Assembly (NCBI RefSeq): GCF_964204645.1
Contig: NC_134026.1
Span: 14,170,150 to 14,234,149 of the forward strand
DNA: 64,000 nt
Direction: 5' to 3'
Source: Tubulanus polymorphus
Lineage: Eukaryota > Animalia > Nemertea
Shown here: piece by piece, positions 25,364 to 37,439 of the stretch
Layout: each line of letters begins with the position of its first letter
How positions within the stretch are numbered: the stretch's first letter is position 1
The notes under the pieces: model-generated
Told to the model about the DNA's origin: nothing
Databases searched by the model: none
Seen by the model: the letters and a program-made list of their open reading frames with translations, nothing else
Made by a program: the position numbers and the translations under genes

Positions 25364-26492
25364 ATGGGTGTTAAAAAAACTCCTAATACTAAAGAACAAT
25401 ATTACAAGAAATTTATATTACAACCCCGAGAGTTCGGTTGCTTATTCCTCTACCAAAAATATATGGCGTCAAGTAAAACAAGATAAATTAGATAAGATAA
25501 TCCCACAAAATTTAGTTAAATATGAAGATATAAATGAATTTATGTTAGAACAACCAACACATACAACACATAAAAAGATTGTTAGAAAATATAAAACTCG
25601 TAAAACTATGGTAAGTTATGTAGATCAACAGTGGCAAGGAGATTTAATTGATATGAAAAATGTTAAAAAAGATAATGATGATTATTGGTGGATATTGAAT
25701 ATAATTGATATTTTTAGTCGTTATGTATGGAGCTTCCCACTTTATAGAAAAGATGCTGTACAAACATCAAATGTTTTAATAAAATTTCTTTCGGATGATA
25801 AACTAAAACCAGAAAAAATACAATTTGATGATGGAAAAGAATTTGAAAATTCACTTGTTCATGAACTCTTAGATAATCATAATATTAGATAATTTTCAAC
25901 AAAATCGGATAAAAAAGCAGCAGTTGTTGAACGATTTAATAGAACACTAAGAACAAGAATGTGGAAATATTTTACAGCAAATAATACTTTTAAATGGATT
26001 GATGTTTTACCAAAATTGATAGAAGGATATAACAATTCTTATCATTCTTCTATTGGAATGAAACCTATTGATGCTAGAAAACCTGAAAATGCTGAAATTG
26101 TTTGGAATAATTTATATGGAGCATTTCTTGTAGATCATTTTGGCGAACCTAAATTTAAAGTTGGTCAAAATGTTAGAATTTCTAAATATAAAAAGATATT
26201 TGACAAAGGATACGATCGAAATTTTACTAGAGAAATATATAAAATAAAAAAGGTAATAACAACAAAACCATATGTCTATAAATTAGAAGATTTAAATGGT
26301 GAAGAAGTTGATGGGTATTTTTATGAAGAAGAATTAAGTTTAACTACTGATAATCTAGAACAAGAATATAAAATTGAAAAAGTATTAAAAACAAAAACTG
26401 TTAATAGAAAAAAATATTCTTTAGTAAAATGGGTTGGATGGCCAGATAAATTTAATGAATGGATATCATCAAGTAAAATTAAAAATATATAA
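25364..26492 (+). pseudogene. Polinton integrase with C-terminal chromodomain
   Basis: LYYNP, WQGDLIDM, QFDDGKEF, KAAVVERFNRTLR, GYFYEEEL, YKIEKVLK...YSLVKWVGWPDKFNEWI. One early frameshift and one stop at ~25890. Confidence 0.92.
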
Positions 26493-27093
26493 ATGTATAA
26501 GGAATTATTTATATTTGAACCTCATAATATGTTAATTTCTGGTGTAACAAATTGTGGAAAAACTTATTTTATATTAAATTTATTAGAAAATATTTATAAA
26601 AACTATTTTGATAATATAGTATTATTTTGCCCAACATATGAATTTAATCAAACTTATGGTAGAAATATTACTAGAGATAATAAATTTATTATATAAGATC
26701 CTAAAACAGTTAAAGAAAATTTAGATAATTGTATTAAAATAGCAATTGATATATATAAAGGATCTAATACATTATTTATCATAGATGATTGTGCTAATCT
26801 ACATGATTCAAAAGTGAGTTATGCTATTTTTAGCTTTTTCTGGGAGACATTTTGGGATAACAACATGGGTTTTAAATCAAAAATATGATTCATTTGTTAA
26901 AGATTTTAGAGAAAACATTAGATTTTTAGTTTCATTCTACAATAAAGATAGGAAATCGATGAAAAATGCACTTGAGGAAAATGTTATTATTCCACATGAT
27001 TTACATAATGAATATATGGATAAATTGAAAAATAATAAACGATCAAAATTACTATTTCGATTACAACACCCATTTAAATATGAATTTATTTAA
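26493..27093 (+). pseudogene. Polinton packaging ATPase
   Basis: ISGVTNCGKT, LFIIDDCA, SGRHFGITTWVLNQKY. A stop at 26696 and a small deletion at ~26815. Confidence 0.88.
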
Positions 27094-27275
27094 ATTCAAC
27101 TAGCTTGTTAATCTAGTTGAATTCTAGTTACATTCTAGTTGAATTCAAGTTGTTAGTAGTTGAAACAAAAATCAAATAAAATTCAACAAGAAATAAATAA
27201 AAACAACAATATTTCGATTAGCTTGTTAATCTAGTTGAATTCTAGTTACATTCAAGTTGAATTCTAGTTGCAACA
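27094..27275. repeat. Intergenic ~120-bp duplication built from 11-bp TTCTAGTT(G/A)(A/C)A units
   Basis: Visible here and at 4632-4812 in copy 1. Confidence 0.7.
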
Positions 27276-27297
27276 ACACAACTAATTTGTTATATAA

Positions 27298-28180
27298 ATG
27301 GGAGGTGAAAAGAAAATAAAATTTAGAAATAGCGATGTTCCAATTGAAAAAACTTTAGATGATTTAGGAATAACAGAAACAAATTTAACTCCAGATGATG
27401 GTGCTTTAAATAATGTTACAACAAATAATAGTTATGAATATTATCTTTACTGCAAACATCAATTAGAAATATTAATAGTATCTGGGACATGTAAAAAATT
27501 TTATCGGTCAAAATTAAACTTATAATGAATTAGTTACAATGAAATCAGATGAAATTATTAGATTATTTAAGATTTATGAAACTGCGAGAACAGCTAGAAT
27601 TAATGATGCGATATCAGAAAATGTAGTAAAAGGTTATAGTAAATTATGTAATTATATACTACCAATTGAAGATGAAAATAGATTGTATTCCGATTTAAAA
27701 AATGATTATTTAGTTATGACTGAATTAAATAAATGGATTGGATATTTATCATTTCAATTAGGTGGATTTATGACATTATTATCAACTGGAGTTATAACAT
27801 TTTCAAATATTGAAAGTAAAAATTTTTCTATATTAAATGAGCAAGGTGGAAGAGAAGAAAAAACCGAGAACTCCGAAACAAATTGAATGGTCTCGGCAAT
27901 TAGGAATTAAATCACAAGAATATAAAAAAGCTGTAAAAGAAAAAATAAATAATGAAAACGTTAATAAAAATGGTGAAAATATTGTTATTTCTACTCCTTC
28001 TAATAATGAATATTTAATAAATATCTATATTTTACAACTGGATTTGTAATTGTATTCATTTTGATTGGGTGTAGTTGCTATAAGAAATCAAATAAAATTT
28101 ATGATATTAATAATTCTGAAACAACTGCTATTAAAAATGAAAATACTTTTAAAATTCCAAAATTGACAATAAAAAAATGG
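27298..28180 (+). pseudogene. Two Polinton accessory ORFs (hydrophobic-tail ORF, then a basic KKKPRTPKQIEW ORF with a TM-like segment)
   Basis: ORFs 27298-27525/27539-27886 and 27837 onward. Both are conserved in copy 1. Confidence 0.55.
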
Positions 28181-28570
28181 ATTAATATTTTAGGAAAAAA
28201 GAAAAAAATAATAATTTTTTTAAATTAATTGAATATCTCACTACTTTTGTCTATCACTGTGTGGGTGCCGTTCATGGTACCATCTACGCGGAGCAATTGA
28301 ATTGTCCAGATAAGTCATTTCGGATTCTAGATATTCATTACTTTTGTTATCAATCTATTTTTTTTATTTAATCAACAATTTCTAAATCATGATGACCGTC
28401 TTCATTTTTTCCATGATAGATTATTTTAAATCCTTCTAAATCTTTTAATTCCTCTGTACTCAATGAAAACCATTTATTAGGTAAAAATACTTTAAATTCT
28501 CGCGATGTATTATTTGTGGTGATGAGAGGTGTCTCGTACTCTGATCTGAAAACGTCATTTCCCAATTACT

Positions 28571-30405
28571 ATTATTCAATGACACTCCCTTACAAAGGGC
28601 AGCAGCATCAAAAACAACACGGACTTTCCCAGGCTTATTTGGATTTATCACACAATGATGTGGTAAAAACCACGTTTACTTACAAGTAAACTCCAGTTCC
28701 TTGTCGGTTAATTTTCGCGCGTGATCCTTTTCAATATAACTATTCAGCGTCTTGCTGTAACCTTCGCGTAAATGTAGATCACTATTCATCCGACGCTTCA
28801 AACCTTTGGATCTGATTTCTGCCTGAACCCGATTGCAAGGTATAACCGCGTCGTAATTACGCCAAAGCATTCCCACCTCGTAATGACCATCTACTAACCG
28901 ACAAGAAGACTTTACAATTTGTAACGAATGTCCGTCTTCCACAGCACGACATCTTTTTTCATCATCAACAACGGCAACGAAAGATTCAGTTTTCCAAAAG
29001 TTTTCAATTTGGCTTTTCAAATCATCAACATAAGATGTCATAACATTAGTATAGTGAAATTGAAAGTCATTTTCATTGCTTGAAAGGCATAATACACACG
29101 AACCAAGCGGGGTACGTATACCAATTGGCTGCTCATTATCAACAGAACCAGAACGAACCTCTAATTGAAGATGCGCTTTCGGAACATTACCTCCAATGAG
29201 AATTTTGACCTTGCTAGGCTCAACTACACTAAGGCTCAAGCCTTTTAAGTGTTCATATTGATTCTACAATTTCGAGGATTGTGAAGGACAATTAAGCTCA
29301 CCTTAATGCGTCCAGGCAGTAGGAACAAAGATGGGTTCTGCATCAGAATCAAACCTGCCACTCACTGTAAATGAGACTTTTTCAGACATTTTAGAACTAC
29401 AAGAATTCAAAGTAGTCATACGTAGAATTTTATTTTCGCTCTTTAAACCAAGACCCCTAGCTAACTCCATATCATTCAGACTTATTTCACTTGCGCTGTC
29501 TATGAGCGCGTTCGTAGAGATACATCGTCCGTCAAGCCCCTTGACTATAACGGGTAATATCTGGAAATGAACCCTAACAGTATTCGTCATGGTTGCAGTA
29601 TTATAATTTTTCCCAGCTTCTGAGCTTATGGGCTCAGAAACACCATTGCTTACCGTAGCTTCAACTGATCGAGTTTTAAAATGTGGATTAAGCGTAGTTC
29701 TCGTACGCAATTCGCCTGTGACCGGTGACTTAGGTCCCTGGGGCTCATGGTGAAGACAAGTATGGTGTCTCTTTTTACATTCACGACATCTGTTTGTAGA
29801 CGTACACTTAGAAACTTGGTGCCCTGACACACACTTAAAGCAAAGACGATTATATTTCACAGTTTCAAATCGCTCCCTGACCGGCATATCAAGAAATGTT
29901 TTACATCTAAACAAATAATGCTTGTTACTGGGGCATAGTGGATCGAACATAGACATATTCTGAGATGCGGCGCAGTTACTGGCCAAATTTGCACTACTTC
30001 CCCCGGATTTTCTGATTACACTTTCCTGATAAGGGGCGCTAAGCACAGGTTTTGCAGGTAAACTAATTGCATGAGGCCCACACTGAGCGTCGACACTGTC
30101 GAGGACTATCGAGGACTCCAGAGAATTCCTTAGGTCCGAGAGAAACGACTACGGACGACGAGACTTCCTTCAAGTTGAAAGATCTATAACGGCACTGTTT
30201 TATTATGCACATACACTCATATAAATGATATTGAGATCACATTGTATCAAATCTGTACACCTATTGGATAGAATCTAGTAAACAACCTGTACAGTACAGA
30301 AAATGGATTATCACATGAATTCTATGGATTGATATGATACAATGACCATGAATGAAAACTACAACATAAGTACAACCATATACGCCGAATGATATATTCG
30401 CGACA
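28571..30405 (-). mobile_element. BEL/Pao retrotransposon 5' part: LTR, gag zinc knuckles, protease, start of RT
   Basis: LCFKC..GH...C....C..CKKRHHTCLH; NALIDSASEISL; ILIG; FWKTESF; DGHYEVGMLWR; [30 protein letters not shown]. Truncated by the Polinton terminus. Confidence 0.9.
30176..30405 (-). repeat. 5' LTR of the BEL element
   Basis: Minus strand TGTCGCG...AATAAA...CTTTCA, 230 bp, directly upstream of the gag remnant. Confidence 0.65.
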
Positions 30406-30677
30406 CTCCGGCCACAACAAAGTAACTCTATGTATTATTAACAAAGTTGTTCACAAATTAACTATTTACAGAAATACCGAAAAGTACCATTAACAGACGT
30501 TATCGGCGCCGTCTTTATATATATTTCTGATTCTTTGATGATTAGCGTCTGAAAATGTCAGCGTCGTGTTACCTTGTCGTCGCCTATATTAACAGGCCTA
30601 AAGTCAGTTGAAAATACCTACCCACTGCACCGATTAAGACTGATTGCAGCAGCGGCAGTGATAGTAAGTGATGGTAC

Positions 30678-31950
30678 TGATACACCGGTGACAATCCTCT
30701 CCTTAATCGTTGAATATAAAAACGTAAAGATCGGTCCCTGGCGAGAGAACGTGTCCGTGCACAAACCCAAATAATCAAACTAAAATGCCGAAATTCTGAT
30801 TGAATATAATAATAATAAAATAGATTTTATTTACCTTGATAATAGTAATATCTCCAGATAGCACACAGTCCAATTCCTAACTCTAAATTCCTATTGTACA
30901 CTACTGTTGGTAACCCGTCTTAATTCTGGTATTTCCACCCAAATCTCAAGTATCTTAACGAGCGTCCCTGGTAAGTCTGCTTTCTCAAGACTGCGGGCCT
31001 CTTTTATAGAAAAGATCGGCATTCCTAGAATGCCGACTCTCCCGTTCGACTTTTGGCAAGGAGCAGCAACCTAGCTGTCATGACGATTTTGGACATGTAG
31101 AATTAGCCTTAATGATTCGCTAATCTAAAATTATTTGAGAAACTGATTTGCCAAAGTAACTTTTCTTTCCAACCCTCCTGTCATGACGCGCTTTGATTTA
31201 CTCACTCCCTACTCATCATCGTTGAGAGAGCAGCTATTCTCTACGAGTTACCAACAGACATGTACACCAACAGAAACCTTAGAGAGCTAGTATTGATATT
31301 TGCCACCATTAAACTTCCATAAAACTTAAGCGATTATAAAGGTCTTGTCCTTAATTAACATCCAGGATACTTAATTTAGATATATTTTCAAAACTTAGTT
31401 TTCACCTAGATTATGGAACAAACTCATCGTTTCTTTTCCCAATTAACAATAGTAAACTTTTGATTCAGAAATACAATGTAATTAATTATCAAATCTAAAA
31501 TCATTCTATACTTATTATACCAATTTTCATTTATAATTTAACTAACTCTATTATAATACAGGATAAAGCAAAACAACAATGTCTTCCTATACTTCCGGTT
31601 CTTCGTTTTATAGAAAGTAGTCGGGAGTATCAAGAAGTAACAGCGAGATCCCTGCACAAACCACATTATCAAAGCACCTCATCGTTCCGACCCAACCAAT
31701 TACAGTTCCGTCTATCCTTAAGTTTAAAAATAATTCTGAATGTTTGCCAGATATCGCAGCACAAGAACCGAGGAAGAATTATTTTTACCCCTGGCTGATT
31801 TATTGTCAGCGCTGATAGATCAAAGCATCAAACAACAACTTGCACAATTTTATACTACATCGTTTGTTGTCTGATACCCATAAAGAAACCACCAACGCAA
31901 ACAAAAACCAACATTACAAACATTTTTTAGTTACTACGGAATCTTGCTGC
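30678..31950 (-). repeat. Long LTR-like repeat, family X, copy 1
   Basis: Collinear with 39905-41135. Minus-strand TATAAAAG (~31005), AATAAA (~30828) and an end ...GGTGTATCA shared, with variation, by three copies. Confidence 0.7.
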
Positions 31951-32574
31951 GGATCAGTACCCTTCGTGATTTTGTTTTTATGATAGTTATTGGACGTCAA
32001 ATTCATTGAATTGAAATGAAGTTTCCATTTCGTGACTCGCTGGACCGACTTGTCACTCATTTGCCTTTTTCCCTCTTGCATTGTCGTTTCCCAACATCGC
32101 CTTAACAGTATTAGACTAATAAAATACACGTAGATTCAAATACGATAGCCAAATTATGCTGTCATTGTAAAAAAATTTCACTAACTTGAGCAATGAACCC
32201 TGAATTAAAGCATGCTCGCTTGCAGGGGTTTAATCGCCTCCTGCCGATGCTCACACCAACACAAACCCCACTGCAGACCTTATTGCTGTATTACTCAGGT
32301 CTAAGATTTCCTCGGTGGACAGGTTGCCACTATAGCCTATACCTAGTGAATCCGATGTTTAGTATTGATAGAGCGAACCTGCCAGCGAAAAACAACGCAT
32401 CTGATGTGATTGACTTAATACATAGACCGGTGGTTGGTCAGCGGCAAACTGTCCACTTTAGAAATCTTGGGAAGTGTTATAATAGACTAAAGAAGGGTCT
32501 GTGGCCAGGCTTTGTTTAGGCGTGAGCTTCAGCAGGAGGCAATAAAACCCGGGCAAAGGAGGATGTTCTAAGAC

Positions 32575-32940
32575 AATTCAAATTCAAATCAAAATACCTT
32601 TATTGCTCCTTGATGACTTTAAACATTGTTGCACAATGAAAAATGAAATATAAATGATAAATATGAAAAATATTAGTAAACAGTACACATGTGATTAATG
32701 AAATTGAATCAAACATGAATTTATATACTTACAGTGCAAAACAGCTCTAACTCAATTAGCTAGGATATAATTTGAGCCAAGAAACGAGTATTTGAAAGTA
32801 ATTTGACATGATAATTGAATTTCTGATATCCTATTTAGAATAACAAAGTATTTCCTGTTCTTATCATTTGCGTAGTATGGCAGATTAAGCCTGTGTTCTT
32901 TGACGGATTCAATATGGTGTCTCTATTTGCAACAATCCCC
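32575..32940 (-). mobile_element. Probable LINE (CR1/L2-group) 3' tail
   Basis: The minus strand ends AATAAAGGTATTTTGATTTGAATTTGAAT (short tandem tail), preceded by a decayed ..LNLPYY.. frame. Confidence 0.35.
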
Positions 32941-33519
32941 GTCAAAAAGATGATGTTTCATTTCACGTAGCGAAAAAGACAATTCCTTGCCTCAAAGACA
33001 TTTTCGTACCACGGCTCATGCGCCCAAATGTGAGTAGATGGCGCCACGTATGTTTGAAATTTGCCATCCTGGTGGCCCAAAAATAATTCTTTCAGCGTTA
33101 TCACTTTAGCTGTTTCGCCAGCAGTTTCGGCGTTTCGACTAGCAGTTTGTGTGATCTTCTTAAAATGACGGATATTTGGGAAACCCGGAAATAGTTTGCC
33201 TTTTAACTGCTGGGAGATCGTTGTTTTCTATCGGCCACAGCAGATCTCACAGCGCACGCATGGCGGAAGTAAACAAACACACGTGTCTGATGTGTTGGAT
33301 AGAAATCATCAGGTGGTATCGATTTTCTATCCACCAGAGCAGGATCGTTTTAATATTGTGATGGATAGAAATTAGATTTCCTTACGATTATTTAACCGTC
33401 CAGAGCAGGACCTAATGCAGAGTCGCTTGGCTTTCGTTCCACAAACATATTCCAATTATTTCAAAAGTATTTTGTGCATATTAACAGGCAAACTGAAATT
33501 TCTTTCCTTCTGAAAGATT

Positions 33520-33900
33520 TTAAGCCGTCCGTTCGTTCGTCCATCGGTAGACGGAATGCAGTTATTTTGGGAAGTTTTGAAGACACTTCAATGTAATGTA
33601 TTGTTATTTGGGTTACACATGTATCTACCCTACACACATCGTCAGAACAAAAACTGGCCCTGTCAGTATCCAGATGGCCGTTGTTGTTCACCAAAAACGA
33701 TCTTGTGTGTCGGTCAAACACAAGATGGCCGTCCTATGACCTTTCTGTATCCAAAAATGACAATTTTGGCCAAATTCTCATAGGTTCCTACTGGTTTGCT
33801 ATTTTTCATTGCAATTTCTGGTGGCTATTCTATGGAAATGGATCTTTCATACCTGAGACAGGTTTGATCAGTGCTCGCCGCCTTATTTCAAAGTCCAAAA
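33520..33900 (+). mobile_element. HINE 5' fragment
   Basis: (GTCC/GTTC)n followed by CAGTTATTTTGGGAAGTTTTGAAGAC...ACATGTATCTACCCTA, the reverse complement of 44040-44180 and 18910-19040. Confidence 0.75.
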
Positions 33901-34009
33901 TAAAACAAGCTCGACGACGATCTTCGGGATCTAAAATTTACAGCCGAGTTATCTTGTTGCCAGCCAGATCCAAACTTAACTAACGAAAAGTTTTCGCGTG
34001 TGTGCTCTT

Positions 34010-35059
34010 TGTGAAATGACGCCCATTAAGAATTATTTATGGGACAGCTATGTGCAGTCTTTGCCCCCGTACTGTAATTAAAAAGTGTGGCTTATCATAT
34101 AACTCATCATCTCACACACTGCAACCAAACTAAAACTAATTCCAATGATTAAAAACTGGTGGCAACAATCAACCGACAACTACTTTATTACTGACAATAT
34201 CAATAAGCATTCCATAAACATTCAATACAAATATCTAAAATGACAATACTATATAGTGTGTTCATTACATATTAATACAGATATTTCATCACAAGAAGCA
34301 AAGAAAATCCAATAGATTATGAAACATTGGAAAACTGACGTATTCAATAGATTACAATAGTTTAAACAAAATATCCTATTATCATAAATTATTTAAAGTC
34401 CAGACATTTGATCATTGTATCCTGCAACTAAATTAAAGTCCAACACAGTCCTTTCAAACGCAAACAAACACGTTCACATTAACAAAACGAATGTTCCGCC
34501 ACATCCAGCGACCAAATACATGACGAATATAGATTACCAGCGACAAGTTCATAAACACCACACAGCGACAAATAAACGACGAATAGAACACCATATAAAA
34601 CAGCGACATTACAATTTCGCGATATAACTCCACTCGACAAATATATCCCGGAACAGTGTAGAGATTTCGACAGCAATTCTTACAACACCGAAACACGCAG
34701 TGAATCATACACCATTGTTATCTCTGCATAATTTCGCAATAACTTCAGCTAATGGAGAAAATAATTTCGAACGGTCCATTACACGAAAAGCAAAAACGGT
34801 CCACCTCCGTAATGAATTCAATCGCAAACAATGAAATGGATCCTCTCTCTCGACAAGATTTCAATCAAAACCCGTAATAAATAACAGGTAAATGACGAAC
34901 AGCTGACAACGCACATTTGACTCAGAATAGTTTATAGACTTCGGAGGATTCTTAACGCTTGTCCTCAGTTTCTACACAACGAACGTTCTCGTACCAAGCA
35001 TAATACAGGATAATATTTCCACACGTAGAATGTTCTCGTAGCAATCACAAGACGTCACA
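34010..35059 (-). repeat. Putative 3' LTR (~1050 bp)
   Basis: Inverted TGTGA...TCACA ends, minus-strand TATAAA ~34932 and AATAAA ~34186, immediately downstream of env. No clear polypurine tract. Confidence 0.55.
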
Positions 35060-35149
35060 TAGAGTTATCGAATGCAGCCAGACACTAACAACTGGGCGTT
35101 CCGCGATGACGATGACGACGTTTACTGGGTGCACATTGAGAGATCACCC

Positions 35150-37373
35150 TCAAAACTTCGCAAATTGACACCCAACACCCAACCGATGAGCAGAATCAGA
35201 ATGAAATGTAGCCACATCTATCAGTGGAAGTAAAATGCACCGCTTAGCATCATATATTTCCAGAACGACTTCTGATTTACAACTGTCCACTAAATGTTGC
35301 CTACCCCTTAAGAAAGATATTATGGACAGAAAATCAGAATACAAAAAATGTAATGCACAGTACAATACGGCCACTAAAACAAATGTATCCAGTGATATGT
35401 CGTATTCCACATCACCCAATGCGTCACTAACTTTAGCGCTTGTTTCAAGGAAAGAAATAGTTCTATTTGAATCAATTATTGTCGCACCAACCCCTGGGAT
35501 TCCTTAATGAGCTACTGCGACCAAGGGAAAAAGTGCTCCCGGATTAAACCGCATCATAAAGAAAAGATAAACTGACATAGCAATAGCGATTATACTAAGT
35601 ATAGTTGGTATGGATACTATCCCTATAGACGATGGCGATGACGACTTAGTCTATCATTAACAAGTTCCTGCTTTAAGGCTTCTGCCTTCGATGAAAATAA
35701 TTTAACATTTTCCTTATGAGTCGTTGCTAATTTCTTCAAGGCGGCAGAATACTTCGTACTTCTTTGGCTGCAACCGTGTCCCAGGACCCTTTATCAACTA
35801 AAACGTCGGCATTTGAACCTTTGGTGCCTCAGCCAATTCATTACCCCGAATCGCTTTAAGATCTTGCGAATTTGAGAACAACGAATGCAATACAGGCAAG
35901 TTAACGACATGCAAGACTGTCTTATCAACTTTACTGAGTTGACAACCCGTTAATTTATACGGAACTCGAAAAGTTGACGCAATGATAGAGCAAAAACACG
36001 GAATACTCATGACACACAGTTTACACGCAGTTACTGACTTCACTAGTCTGTTAGAACAATGCATTGTCCATACCGAATCACTTGAAGAAAGAAGATAACG
36101 GCCATCTGAAAGTTCATAACTCCCCTCAAATAATAAAGCTTCCTCATATCGAATATCACATAATTTCATAATCTCATCCGGCTGATCCCAAAATAAACCC
36201 GAAGCACAAGTCAATTTATTTCTGGAATTGAGAGATTTAGCAATCGAACAAATCTTTAAATCCCTCCCTTGACAAGATAACAAAAAATCACTATCGAATG
36301 TAGTATAGTACTCGCTATCCCGAGTTACCGCCAAATACTGAGGTAGACCAACGGTTTTAGTAGTGTTCGCGCTCGTTGCATTCGATGGTACTGGCAACGT
36401 GTCGATGTGGTAAACATCCATAAAGCCTGCTATACTATGGATAGATCGTGATATATACATATTTCTCAGTTTGAGTGAAAGTAATATCTCTCATCTGATA
36501 ATAAAAGCTGGGCTGATTATGAGTGACCTTGAAACTAGGATAATGGTCACTCAAAATATCTTGGACATGATCAATAACCTAGCTAATTTTATCCGGGCCG
36601 ACTAACGTAATGGGTAAAAAGCCATCGAGTTATAATTGGGTGGCTTGTAGAAAGCTCTCAGAGTGCCCAACCACGACACTAAACCTATATTGATAATCTA
36701 CTAGATTCTTGAGTAGAATCGCCATAGAAGAAACAGTCACGTTCAATCGAGCTAACTTTTCTGCCAACATTTTCTGTGAATTTAGATACCTCTTTGAAAG
36801 GCTTTTATAATAATCGGCAAATTTCTTTATCAGATCATGATTCTGATTGATAGCTTCCATAGCATTATCTATTCTTTTATTCGTAGTGTTCATGAACGAA
36901 TTTAATGTTTTTCCTTCTTGAACTATCTGATCAGCCACAGCGCTTACCCCAGATTCAACCTTCAAAACGCGCTGACGAAGGGCTTCATCGTCATCAACAG
37001 TAGCCGTGCCGAACAGAGATTTCATGAAATTCCCTACGGAACTAAGAGCCGCGCGTTTTTTTTCTGCCAGATAGGCTGACAGGAATCAAAGACTTGTCCG
37101 TTCAGTTTATCAATGACTAAGTTCAACATACCGCCCCCTTTATACGGGTGGTCGTGGGGATGTCGTGGACAGCTCAATTGTGATATAAGTTGTAAATCAA
37201 ACCGAGGCCATTGAATGCAGAAGGTGTGTCTGTATTTAGAGACGCCATTCAGAATATTAGTAAACCGGTTAAAACCACCCCCAATTCAACATCAATACCG
37301 AATTGGAGGAGGTGTCAACTTCAACTACTCCCACTACCACAGCAATCATCAATAGTGCCACAGGTCTATTCAT
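35150..37373 (-). pseudogene. Envelope / class I fusion protein (errantivirus/baculovirus F-like)
   Basis: Signal peptide MNRPVALLMIAVVVGVV, basic cleavage site plus fusion peptide KKR-AALSSVGNFMKSLFGTATVDD (~37060), heptad region, Cys-rich ectodomain and TM at ~35550-35620. Several frameshifts. Confidence 0.85.
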
Positions 37374-37439
37374 CGTTATACGTAAGATCTAAAAAAGGGA
37401 AAAGGGAAAGTGAATGAAACTACGATTTCTTATTCCTAA

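Larger units (their letters stand above)
24513..28570 (+). mobile_element. Polinton/Maverick right arm, copy 2
   Basis: Same gene order as copy 1. Ends ...CCCAATTACT at 28570, abutting a BEL RT reading frame. Confidence 0.92.

Noticed and set aside
28368-28651. ORFs fusing BEL RT with the Polinton terminus as novel genes
   Set aside because: They are read-through across an insertion junction and a ~200-bp deletion in copy 2.
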